Source of the DNA: a virus
Taxonomy: Duplodnaviria > Caudoviricetes
DNA length: 64,000 nucleotides
IMG/VR virus record: IMGVR_UViG_3300012665_000674
Location: 1-64,000 of that record
Direction: 5' to 3' (one strand)
This document shows positions 1 through 9,065 of this stretch, in pieces (positions within the stretch are counted from its first letter, which is position 1; each line of letters opens with the position of its first letter). The notes beneath the pieces were generated by a model. It was not told the origin of the DNA and ran no database searches. It worked only from the letters and a program-made list of their open reading frames with translations. The position numbers were made by a program, and so were the translations under genes.

Positions 1-1130
1 ACACCTTGCTCCACGACACCTTTAATCTCAAAGTGATTAACTGGATTACCGTTAATCATATAGTGACCATTCTTGTAATCAGTTATTACGCCTACCCCTC
101 TACCACCATCTTTCCAATCAGGTTGATGCGGACTTGTTTCATACTTGACTCTTTGGCCGACTTTATACTTCGGCTGTTCTGGAGCAGCACCCATTACTTT
201 GTTGGCAATTTTATTCATAATGCCTTCGTTAGTGCCTGTTGCCATTCTATCGTGGTCATCACGTTTGCGTAGTTCACTCTTAGCCATCTTGCCCTGCATC
301 TTGGCAACTTTGCTATGGAATGGTCCAGTCGTTTTGTCTGCGGTTGATTTAACAAACTCGTCACTTGCTCCACTCATTTGATTCTTAATATCTCTTGGCG
401 TGCGTGTATCGCCCATACCAAAGCGTGATTTTTCTACGGGCTTGTTTCCAGCCTCCGCCACACCTTGCTTTGCCATTCTTCTGACAACTTCGATGGCTCG
501 GTCTTTTGCGCCATATGGCATACCACGAGTAGCGTGATAAGTGTTATTATGCTCACCATTTACGAATGTAAGGTAATCACCCTGGTATTCTTTTACTTCC
601 CATTGATTACCGTCTGGTGCTTTAGCTCTATAAACAGTTTTCATTTCTGATTCATCTGGCAAGTAGCCTTCCGCCACACCTTTATTTTGAGGTGGGTTAA
701 CTGGAACAGTCTTATATACACGCTTAACAGGATCATAAACAGTTTTGCGAGGACCTTCTTTTGCTAATTGTCCTACACGCTTAACCATGTTTTGATAATC
801 ATCGCCGTAGTCTACTTCTTTACTTTCGTCAACATTGTAGTTTTCTAATTTTTTCAATATTTGACGAATCATTATACTCACATCACTAGTGCCTAATTCT
901 TCTGCACCAGCATGAAAGTCAGCTACATCCATTACTATATCACCTACTACTTCATGTCCATAACGTGTAACGATATCAGGATAGCGCATTTCTAAGCGAT
1001 TATAAAGTATGTCAGCTAAATCACTAGCACTAATGCCATTTTGACTTTCTTTCAATGCCACTGGTTTACTTGTACTGTATTTACGTTCAGGAGTAGCTTC
1101 GTTTAATATGCCTGTTAAAATATTACTCAT
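1..1130 (-). CDS. Modular putative head-internal polyprotein with GVAE repeats (3' end runs off the window; absent from the ORF track)
   Basis: Manual translation from ATG at 1130: MSNILTGILNEATPERK...ALKES...NVDES...NKGVAEG...KQGVAEA...GTNEG...KGVVEQGV; open to the window edge. Confidence 0.8.
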   Translation of the reverse strand, partial: MSNILTGILNEATPERKYSTSKPVALKESQNGISASDLADILYNRLEMRYPDIVTRYGHEVVGDIVMDVADFHAGAEELGTSDVSIMIRQILKKLENYNVDESKEVDYGDDYQNMVKRVGQLAKEGPRKTVYDPVKRVYKTVPVNPPQNKGVAEGYLPDESEMKTVYRAKAPDGNQWEVKEYQGDYLTFVNGEHNNTYHATRGMPYGAKDRAIEVVRRMAKQGVAEAGNKPVEKSRFGMGDTRTPRDIKNQMSGASDEFVKSTADKTTGPFHSKVAKMQGKMAKSELRKRDDHDRMATGTNEGIMNKIANKVMGAAPEQPKYKVGQRVKYETSPHQPDWKDGGRGVGVITDYKNGHYMINGNPVNHFEIKGVVEQG

Positions 1131-1554
1131 ATTATTATTTTTTCTTATTCTTGTTATCTAACATACCGCGCTTGTTAGCTGTAGCCCATGCAATGTTCTC
1201 TGCTTCTTTATCTGAGTGACCAAGTTTCTTTTCGCTAGACTTGACATGTTTTACCATTCTATCAACTTTTGTGCCTTCAGCCACACCTTTTTGCAAGAAA
1301 GATGGGATAGGTCTATCACCACCTAGTCTTTTAACTGATGTTGGAGTGATAGTAGGATCAACTCTTGTGGCGTATGTTTTACGTGTGCTGTCTGCGCGAC
1401 CGCGAACAGTTGGGTGACCGTCAGCACTCTTGGTAACATTTGGTACTTCGGCTTGACTCACTGTTCTTTTTGCTAGACTGTTGCTAGTGTCGGCGTACTT
1501 TTGTGTACTATGGTCACGTTGATGTTGCATTGACAATTCTTCCGCCACACCTTG
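1..1554 (-). repeat. Dispersed in-frame repeat (C/A)AAGGTGTGGC(G/T)GA(A/G) encoding (Q/K)GVAE
   Basis: Copies at 453-467, 669-683, 1276-1290 and 1540-1554, plus a truncated copy at 1-8; core AAGGTGTGGC identical in the four full copies. Confidence 0.9.
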
Positions 1555-2019
1555 AAGTTGTTTTCCCTCTAGATATTCACGGATAGTGTTTAGATAGTCA
1601 TTGGCTTTAATAATCTTTTCTTGAACCCAACCTTCAAGGCCTTCTTCTTCACTAACATCTTTAATCATATGATAAACTGTTTTGGCGTTCTTTGCCGCAC
1701 TAAACAAATCACTACGTGCCATTTCAACTTCATGGTCTAAACGACTTTGACCATGTTTAATTAAACCGGTTTTACTAGTACGGCCTTGACCAGGAACAAT
1801 GATTAAGTCTTGTTCAGAAATTTCTTCTTCATTTACTTTGCTTTCTGAAATGCTATTACCATAAGAACCTTTCTTTTTGACTTTACCCTTCATTAAGTAT
1901 TGAACTGGTTTTAGTCCAGGAACACTAACACTTTCTCGGGCTTGAGCCATCATAGGCATTGCTACGGATGAGACTGATCCGGCTGTGGTTGTAGATTCTG
2001 ATATTTCTGTAAAACGCAT
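1135..2019 (-). CDS. Putative head-internal polyprotein with two GVAE sites
   Basis: N-terminus MRFTEISES resembles a capsid-targeting sequence; internal ISE/VNE/GVAE motifs; GATAAATA upstream. Confidence 0.65.
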   Translation of the reverse strand: MRFTEISESTTTAGSVSSVAMPMMAQARESVSVPGLKPVQYLMKGKVKKKGSYGNSISESKVNEEEISEQDLIIVPGQGRTSKTGLIKHGQSRLDHEVEMARSDLFSAAKNAKTVYHMIKDVSEEEGLEGWVQEKIIKANDYLNTIREYLEGKQLQGVAEELSMQHQRDHSTQKYADTSNSLAKRTVSQAEVPNVTKSADGHPTVRGRADSTRKTYATRVDPTITPTSVKRLGGDRPIPSFLQKGVAEGTKVDRMVKHVKSSEKKLGHSDKEAENIAWATANKRGMLDNKNKKK

Positions 2020-2042
2020 AATGTAATTCCAATGTTATATAG

Positions 2043-2050
2043 TATTTATC
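2043..2050 (-). promoter_or_regulatory. T4-type late promoter (GATAAATA)
   Basis: TAAATA core, recurring upstream of many virion genes in this window. Confidence 0.7.
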
Positions 2051-2074
2051 AAAATACCATATTATGGAAAGTTA

Positions 2075-4171
2075 TCAGATTTTGCCGTTTGCTTTTGCTG
2101 TTGGGGGAATTCCGGCTCTACTAGTGAGCCATCCGAATGCTTTTGCATTCTTTTTGATTGAATCAGGATGAACATCTACTGTCAATGCAGTCTTAAAACG
2201 TGGGTCGTTTTTCTCTTTTTCACTGGGAATATAACCACTTGCTTCTGACATTGATCCACGATATTGAATATCTTTACGGCCACCATATGGATTTATTGCT
2301 GGTGTTTTTTCGGCAGCAAATTGCAATGTTTCATCCTCTGCTACTTTTTTGTTTACATTAGATAATTCATATATAACTAAATCGCCATTGTCTGCCCTGA
2401 ATGCTCTATAGCCCCATGCTTTGCTGTAACGCTGTACCAATCTATCGTATAACTTAGCACGACTTTCAGGGTTTTGACCCTGTTCCACTTCTTTCCTTGC
2501 TGAAAATGTCAATCTTACAGGCTTGTACTTTTTAACATACTGTTGAATCGCAGTCAATACTGTAGCAAAGACACGCATTGCGTCACCCTCGCCCGTTACT
2601 TCTTGACTGTTGTTTCTATAAAATTCAACTTGCACGACTTCTTCACCTTCGTCATCTTGTTGATTGTTGAACATGATACTTAGTGGGCTACCATCTGGTA
2701 ATTTAGCTAATGCATCAACATCACCGTACTCACTCTTTTCCCACGTTAAGGGATATGGTTGGTCAAAGCCTTCATTAACATTATATGTAGGATCAACCTT
2801 CTGACGCTTCATGCCCTTAGGTTGATTAGGGTCCACTGGATCAATATCAGTTGTTGTCAACCCAGTCTTTTCTAAATCGTTGATGTATTGGTGTTCTAAA
2901 TCTTCATCACCAAATGCCATGATAGTACTCGGAGGTCCTTTGCCAAAGTCATGTTTACCCAACCCTTTAAGATTACTGATATGTTGACCTAACTTGTACC
3001 AGTCATAAACATCACTTACATCTACTTTAACAGTACCTGCCGGCATAGTCGGTTTGAATTCAGGGCCAGGTGGTTTACCGTTTGGATCATAATCTTCATC
3101 GATAGTAGACAATACTTTTATTCTATTAGGCGGTACCAATGAAGTGATAGCAATTTCAAATTCCGCATTTGGTGTATATTCACCGGTTAGGTTTCTAGTA
3201 TCAATCTCTATTATTGCTAGTTCTTCATCTTCATCGAATTCATCACCTAGCCAGTTCATCATAGCATCTTCTAGTGACGCTTTGTCCGGAAAGCAATATA
3301 TAGCTGACTGTTCACCTTGAATTTTACTTGAACGTGCACCAACTTGAGGACGTAAACCTGCCTTCATGATGCTATCTAAGTTACTAGTAGGAGTAACGTG
3401 ATAAACTTTTTCCGGTAGTTTGTTTTTTTCTTCTTGTATCTTAGTTGGATCTTGATACATTGTTTCGATAGTTAATAATTCACTGTGTAACTTATCTTTT
3501 AAATCATATAGTTTTGTAATGTAACCTTGACTACGCAATGCTTTGTATGCTAAATTTTCAGGACCAAACTCACCACCATTATCTAATCCTGCTTGTCTAT
3601 ATCTTCTAATTGTTTTAATTATATTTTGAACTTTACTATATTTTTTGGTCTTAAGTGCTATCTCTATAAGATTTAATAATTTTTCATATTTTGCTTTAGT
3701 GGCGGTTTGGTCAAAATTTGCTCTACGCTTAGTTGGGATTCTAAGCCATTTATCATTAAGGATACTGTACTCACCTAGACTTACTACTGGTTCTCTGGCG
3801 TCTTGTACATATAACTCTACGGGCACCCCATGTATTTTTATATCGTGGCTATCATTGTATAATGATTTTTTTGCATTGAATAGTTCTTTATATATTTCAT
3901 CATTGGGCATTTTACTCATATCAACTAATATGTGTAAATCTAAGTCTGAGTGAGGGGTATAACTATATGCGGCATTACTACCTGAAACAGTTAAGTCTTC
4001 TACATCTATTCCCTGTATGCCTAATTCTTCTAAAAAATCTCTTGCTATTAATTTAAGTTGTAATTTAACTTCCGGACGCAAGTTATTATTATTCCATAAC
4101 TTTGGATTAAGGTCATCATGGAAGGTGACTGCATCAGAAAGACGAAAGGAATCAAGTTCTTTTAAATTCAT
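2075..4171 (-). CDS. Multi-module polyprotein: Pol-beta-type nucleotidyltransferase, ADP-ribosyltransferase-like domain and further modules
   Basis: GSNAAYSYTPHSDLDLH (GS...DxD) motif; YHVT...SIMKAGLRP...IYCF...EFE...VPP ART-like motifs; start moved to MNLKELD at 4171 because the longer ORF overlaps a terminator and the upstream gene. Confidence 0.7.
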   Translation of the reverse strand: MNLKELDSFRLSDAVTFHDDLNPKLWNNNNLRPEVKLQLKLIARDFLEELGIQGIDVEDLTVSGSNAAYSYTPHSDLDLHILVDMSKMPNDEIYKELFNAKKSLYNDSHDIKIHGVPVELYVQDAREPVVSLGEYSILNDKWLRIPTKRRANFDQTATKAKYEKLLNLIEIALKTKKYSKVQNIIKTIRRYRQAGLDNGGEFGPENLAYKALRSQGYITKLYDLKDKLHSELLTIETMYQDPTKIQEEKNKLPEKVYHVTPTSNLDSIMKAGLRPQVGARSSKIQGEQSAIYCFPDKASLEDAMMNWLGDEFDEDEELAIIEIDTRNLTGEYTPNAEFEIAITSLVPPNRIKVLSTIDEDYDPNGKPPGPEFKPTMPAGTVKVDVSDVYDWYKLGQHISNLKGLGKHDFGKGPPSTIMAFGDEDLEHQYINDLEKTGLTTTDIDPVDPNQPKGMKRQKVDPTYNVNEGFDQPYPLTWEKSEYGDVDALAKLPDGSPLSIMFNNQQDDEGEEVVQVEFYRNNSQEVTGEGDAMRVFATVLTAIQQYVKKYKPVRLTFSARKEVEQGQNPESRAKLYDRLVQRYSKAWGYRAFRADNGDLVIYELSNVNKKVAEDETLQFAAEKTPAINPYGGRKDIQYRGSMSEASGYIPSEKEKNDPRFKTALTVDVHPDSIKKNAKAFGWLTSRAGIPPTAKANGKI

Positions 4172-4175
4172 ATAG

Positions 4176-4183
4176 TATTTATC
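4176..4183 (-). promoter_or_regulatory. Late promoter GATAAATA, 4 nt upstream of ATG
   Basis: GATAAATACTATATG on the minus strand. Confidence 0.7.
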
Positions 4184-4184
4184 A

Positions 4185-4208
4185 AACAAAAGCCCCTTTC
4201 GGGGCTTT
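4185..4208 (-). terminator. Intrinsic terminator
   Basis: AAAGCCCC-GAAA-GGGGCTTTTGTTT directly after the stop of 4212..5117. Confidence 0.8.
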
Positions 4209-4211
4209 ATT

Positions 4212-5117
4212 TTACTGAACTGATATAGACTTAACTTCGTTACCGTCTTTATCAATTAGCTTTAATCCAGCTAACTGTTGTTGCTGTTCTAAGAACATAG
4301 GTCCAATTGTTTTCATCAAGTGATCTTGATTTTCTTGACAGAAAACATATGAACCTGAGTGACGTAATAATACACGTTTGTCAACCCAGATACGGCCGCC
4401 CATGTCACGCCAGTTTTCACAGAATGTCCAGTCTTCACTGTAGTAACGATTTTGACGAACTGCGGTATCAAAGTATGTTTTCAAATGTACATCATACTTT
4501 GGATCTAATCCAATGTCGTTCTTGTACTGCTTAACTGCAGGATGAGTTTTCATCTTTTCAAATACATGTTTCTTCATTAACAAGAATCCTGTACCTGCTT
4601 TACTTACTTCTTGTAAGCCGTCTGCGCCTTCTTCTGCACCTTCAAATCCGTTAACTACCCACTTGATTGGCATAGTCTTCATTGGGTACAATCCGCCGAT
4701 AACGTCAACGTCACGGTTCAACAATACTAACAAGTGCCATGGTTCCCAACCAATGTCTGCGTCAACAAAGAACAAGTGTGTTGCGTCTGGCATGTCCAAG
4801 AACTTTGCAGTCAATGTATTACGGGCACGACTGATTAGTGACTCGTTAACCATTGTTTCTAATGTCCAATCAATGCCAAGCTGACGGGCAGTGTTTGCCC
4901 ACTTGATAAATGACATGAATGTACTTTCAGTTAACATACCACCGTAACATGGCATAGCAATGTGTACACGGGTAGTTTTTAGAAAGTCTACGTTAACTTG
5001 AACTTGACCCTGTTGCGGGGCTTGTTGTTGCTCTTGTGCCGCTTGTTCGGCAATTTCCTGCACAGCTTCTACTGGTACAGTTTTTTCTTCAGTTTGTTTG
5101 GTTTTCTTAGTTGCCAT
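4212..5117 (-). CDS. GT-A fold glycosyltransferase-like protein
   Basis: IAMPCYGG, SLISRARN, FFVDADI (DxD), GTGFLL, SEDWTFC and a distal His. Confidence 0.7.
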   Translation of the reverse strand: MATKKTKQTEEKTVPVEAVQEIAEQAAQEQQQAPQQGQVQVNVDFLKTTRVHIAMPCYGGMLTESTFMSFIKWANTARQLGIDWTLETMVNESLISRARNTLTAKFLDMPDATHLFFVDADIGWEPWHLLVLLNRDVDVIGGLYPMKTMPIKWVVNGFEGAEEGADGLQEVSKAGTGFLLMKKHVFEKMKTHPAVKQYKNDIGLDPKYDVHLKTYFDTAVRQNRYYSEDWTFCENWRDMGGRIWVDKRVLLRHSGSYVFCQENQDHLMKTIGPMFLEQQQQLAGLKLIDKDGNEVKSISVQ

Positions 5118-5167
5118 TTGATCCTCTTAAATGATATAATTATTTACATCAGTTTGAGGTGTACGAA

Positions 5168-8100
5168 TTATTTTTCTTCTATATAATCAGCACTTTCGGT
5201 TACCTTCTCTTGTTCATATGTTCCTGGGAAGGGTAAACCTAAAGAGCCACCGGTTTCTTTTTCAGTTATTGCGGCAATACCAGTTCCTATGCCTGCACTA
5301 GCCAATGTATACTTTACAGTATCACTCCAGCTTTTACCATTGATACGTGAAACAACAGTAGGAATAACAGTGTTTAATATTGCTTGTAGTGCTAGGTTAG
5401 TTTGTGAAGGACTTAGGCCCATTCGTTGTGCTGTAGTTAATACACCACCTGCTAATAATGCACCAATAGTAGTAACTATGCCACCCTGTATATATGGATT
5501 TTCTTTACCTTTTTTAAAGATATCAATTAACTTGCTACGAACTTTAGGATCATCTGTTTTTTGTAATAGGTCACGTGCTTGGTCAACGTAGTTATCTACT
5601 TTTTCTTTATGAATATTATTGACTACAGGTTTGTAAAAACTTATAACTGTGTCAGTTATTGGATCAACTTTTTTATCTTCTGCATAATTTACGCTTTCAC
5701 CACCTCCACCGCCGTCGCCACCACCTTCACCGGATTCTCCACCACCATAATAGGCATAGCCCGGGAAGAAATAACCTCTCAGTGATCTTGAAGATTTTTT
5801 CTTTTTCTTTTTCTTGCCTTCATCTAACTTAACTTTGGCTCTCACTAAAGATTCGTAAATCTTAGCTTTCTGTTCAGGAGTAGCGTGTGGCAACAATACT
5901 TTAACTCTCTCAATATATTCTTTAATAGCTTGTTGTTGCTGGATGCCCATGTTCTTTGCTGTTACATCCATAAGGTGTTCTACCCAATCTGAGCCTAAAG
6001 TGTTAGTATCAAAAGCATTATACCATGTTTTAAGTTTATCTTGTTCGCTTGCGTTAGGGTTTGACAATACATTTCTAAGTTGTGTGAAACTGATACCAGT
6101 TCCACCTTTGTTTGGATCACGTTCTGTTCTAACTGTTTCAAAGTCTACTTGATTCTGTGTACCACCGTACTTAGCAATAGATGCTGGATCTTTCATACGC
6201 TTTTCTAAACTATCCATCCAGTTTTTCATACCTTCATAACGGTCATCACCTACTAATAAGATGACTTTGTTATATGGACTATTCGCTGGAAGAACAAGTT
6301 CTTTCTCAATCTTCTTCATTGGAGTACCTTGAGGATTCCAAACTTGAATGTTGTTTGCATACTTAGGATACAATTTACGCAGTGTTCTTACTTTATCACC
6401 GGGCGGGATAGGATCGTCTGTTGGATTAGTTACAGGACTAACATAGATATAAGGATCACCACCTACACTTTTAGCAGTATCAATTGTTTGTTGAATTAAT
6501 TGTTGATGACCTTTATGTCCAACGAATGATCCAATGGTTACAACAGCAGGCTTAACACGGTTGCTACCTTCTGTTGGTTTTTTGTTCATTGCTTGTTTTG
6601 CAGCCATCTTGTTTTGCATATCAGGGCTAGTAACTTTAGCAAGTGTACCACTAGGCATATTGATAACAAGACCTTCAATCATATCACCCAATTGATCTTT
6701 GCCTGCAATAGGACTACTAATAATAGCATTGCTCAATGCTTGTCGTGCTTTACTTAATATAAGTTTTGCTTTTTGTTTGTCAGGAGTGTCTCCGCGTTGT
6801 GCAACTGCACTAGTAAGTGCTTCAGCATTCTTAACAATTGGATTAACAATTTTACTAACATCAATACCCTTATGTGATAGAGTATTGTTTATCATTTTAA
6901 TATTAGGTGTACTATCTTTGATTAACGCTTGCTTAATCTTTTGACTGTCAGGTCTTGTTTCACCTGTGCTATATTGCTTAACACTTATTGGAACAAGAGT
7001 CATTGACTTTCCTAATTTCTTAGGATCATAAGGAATGTTTACGAATTTATAGCCACCGTCTTCTTGTTGTGCCATTGGATTGAATAACATCTCTGCTTGC
7101 ACAATTGTATCAGATGGAATATCTTTCATAAAATCAGCATTAACAATTGTAGCTAATGCTTTATCGTAATTCTGTGTACGTGCTAACTGTTCTTCTGACT
7201 GACCCTGACTTCTTCCATAGATTTCAAAATCACCAATATTATCTGCTGTCATAGGCTTGTCAACACGACTGGTCATGAAGAATGGCTCACCTTCAGGTGT
7301 TTTACCAAATCTTATACCAGCACCATCAACTTTCAAGTTGATTGGAACACCTTGAAACTTGCCACCGTCTTGTGCAATTTCTTTTGCAAAGTTAATGAAG
7401 TCTACATCCTTCATCTCAGTACTTGATCCGGGATTGTATATGTGTTGAATACCTTTGCGTTTATAACTTGGAGCAGCCTCATCAAGTGTGTTCTTTGCCA
7501 TTTGTTTGACAATATTTTTTCTTGTTTCAACACCTTCATCTGTGCCAGTCATCTTATATGATTTGCGATATGTATCAAGCATTTGATCCAAATTAGCTGG
7601 CTTCTCTATCTTCAACGTATTCAACATCGTGTTGATAGCAGTAGTCTTTTCTGCAATATCTTTATCAGGATTGTTTTTGTACATTCCTTGAGCACCAGGA
7701 CCAATAGTCTTTTGCAAGAATCCGTTCAACACTTGTTGTTTTTCTTCTGGACTCATCAACGTATTCATAACATTCAATAAGCCAGTGAACGACCAAAATT
7801 GTTTTTGTAATGCTTGTGCTTGTTTAGGATTTAAACGTTGTCCCAAAATTGTTGAAAAAATCTGTCCAATGTTTTGTTGATATCCTGCAGTGGGTGCCTC
7901 ACGCATTACAGGCAATCCGTTGATTACTAATGGCTTACCATTATCATTTAAAACTGGTTCATACTTTGCACGTAACCCGCCGCCTTCTTTACTAGACACG
8001 GCAAAACTATACATGTTATCTGTTGTTGGTTCGTCAACTTCTTGACGTAGTTTTCCGCGACCTTTCATTTTACGCAATAAGAAATCCTTGCGTGTTAATG

Positions 8101-8701
8101 CTGTAAATGCTTGAATCAACCACTTGTGGAATACACCCTTAACACCTGCTTGCAAATCTTCCCATGAACTACTATGACTGAATTTAGCCCAATCAGTTGG
8201 CAAATCATTTTCAAACTCTACAAATTCAAAATCTATTTGTACCTTTACCGGTGGGTCTTGTAATTCAAACAGTCCAGAGAACTGTTCATTACCACGTTGA
8301 AAACCTAAAAACTTAGCAGGACCAATTTGTTTGTTTGTGTATGCAGTTAAGAATTGTTGTAAATCAGGTTCTTTTGTTTTGTCAACCATTGTATCAATGT
8401 CACCAACTGTTGGTTTCTTCTCTACAAAAGTTTCATCAGGAATACCCTTGACATTAAAGAAGTGTAAACTACTTCCACTTAAGAACTCACCACTTGCTAA
8501 TACTTTTGGATTCCATAATGGTTGCTTATACATCTTAGCATAAGCCTGATTGATTGCATTTAGTAGCTCATTTAATTTAGGAACCATGTAGTTACGATTT
8601 GTAACCTTTAGGTCTAAGTGTTGTGCTTCCTGTGATCCTATGGATAGGTTGCCGCCTTCAAGTAGGCATTTACGGCTTTCAAGTATTGCGGCTATTTTCA
8701 T
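5168..8701 (-). CDS. 1177-aa polyprotein: Pol-beta-like NTase, KxDG ligase-like domain, HxGH cytidylyltransferase-family domain and C-terminal modules
   Basis: SGSS...VGDIDT; LKVDGAG...QAEMLF...EGLV...AKV; TIGSFVGHKGH...VGDDR...ISFTQLR; modules split by ILE/LLE/LDE/IKE/ITE/VTE motifs. Confidence 0.7.
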   Translation of the reverse strand: MKIAAILESRKCLLEGGNLSIGSQEAQHLDLKVTNRNYMVPKLNELLNAINQAYAKMYKQPLWNPKVLASGEFLSGSSLHFFNVKGIPDETFVEKKPTVGDIDTMVDKTKEPDLQQFLTAYTNKQIGPAKFLGFQRGNEQFSGLFELQDPPVKVQIDFEFVEFENDLPTDWAKFSHSSSWEDLQAGVKGVFHKWLIQAFTALTRKDFLLRKMKGRGKLRQEVDEPTTDNMYSFAVSSKEGGGLRAKYEPVLNDNGKPLVINGLPVMREAPTAGYQQNIGQIFSTILGQRLNPKQAQALQKQFWSFTGLLNVMNTLMSPEEKQQVLNGFLQKTIGPGAQGMYKNNPDKDIAEKTTAINTMLNTLKIEKPANLDQMLDTYRKSYKMTGTDEGVETRKNIVKQMAKNTLDEAAPSYKRKGIQHIYNPGSSTEMKDVDFINFAKEIAQDGGKFQGVPINLKVDGAGIRFGKTPEGEPFFMTSRVDKPMTADNIGDFEIYGRSQGQSEEQLARTQNYDKALATIVNADFMKDIPSDTIVQAEMLFNPMAQQEDGGYKFVNIPYDPKKLGKSMTLVPISVKQYSTGETRPDSQKIKQALIKDSTPNIKMINNTLSHKGIDVSKIVNPIVKNAEALTSAVAQRGDTPDKQKAKLILSKARQALSNAIISSPIAGKDQLGDMIEGLVINMPSGTLAKVTSPDMQNKMAAKQAMNKKPTEGSNRVKPAVVTIGSFVGHKGHQQLIQQTIDTAKSVGGDPYIYVSPVTNPTDDPIPPGDKVRTLRKLYPKYANNIQVWNPQGTPMKKIEKELVLPANSPYNKVILLVGDDRYEGMKNWMDSLEKRMKDPASIAKYGGTQNQVDFETVRTERDPNKGGTGISFTQLRNVLSNPNASEQDKLKTWYNAFDTNTLGSDWVEHLMDVTAKNMGIQQQQAIKEYIERVKVLLPHATPEQKAKIYESLVRAKVKLDEGKKKKKKKSSRSLRGYFFPGYAYYGGGESGEGGGDGGGGGESVNYAEDKKVDPITDTVISFYKPVVNNIHKEKVDNYVDQARDLLQKTDDPKVRSKLIDIFKKGKENPYIQGGIVTTIGALLAGGVLTTAQRMGLSPSQTNLALQAILNTVIPTVVSRINGKSWSDTVKYTLASAGIGTGIAAITEKETGGSLGLPFPGTYEQEKVTESADYIEEK

Positions 8702-8702
8702 T

Positions 8703-9065
8703 TTAGTAGCTCAATTTTACGAAATTGACTAATCCTTGTTGGAAGTCTTCTACCTTAGCCCGCATATAAACAAAATTACCTTGTATATTGGTATAAACAC
8801 TTGCGTTTGCATTTTGCTCACTATTAGCTTCTAATGTATACACATTAAACCAATCTGTACTATTAGGATTTGATGCTAAACTTGCTTGGATGACAATATT
8901 TCCAGTACAATTAGTTAAATTAATATTAACTGTTTGCAGGTCTCTGTTTCCTAAATAATAGGCAGCGGCTGGTTGTGTATTGCCTGTTACAGTGTAGGGT
9001 GCCCCATTACCAGGATTCTGATAAGCAGTTTGAGGTAACAGTACAAGTGTAGTAGTTTGGCTCAT
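8703..9065 (-). CDS. Hypothetical beta-rich virion protein
   Basis: 120-aa ORF; resembles the C-terminal half of 60361..61122 (IQAS/IQGS, DW(F/Y), IQG..Y.R). Confidence 0.55.
   Translation of the reverse strand: MSQTTTLVLLPQTAYQNPGNGAPYTVTGNTQPAAAYYLGNRDLQTVNINLTNCTGNIVIQASLASNPNSTDWFNVYTLEANSEQNANASVYTNIQGNFVYMRAKVEDFQQGLVNFVKLSY

Noticed and set aside
1-1554. GVAE repeats as a CRISPR array
   Set aside because: Repeats are only about 15 bp, spacing is 200-600 bp and irregular, and all lie in frame within coding sequence
4172-4255. N-terminal extensions given by the ORF track (also at 14908, 25430, 26106, 53600, 54248)
   Set aside because: They overlap upstream genes, terminators or promoters; downstream starts fit promoter and SD spacing better
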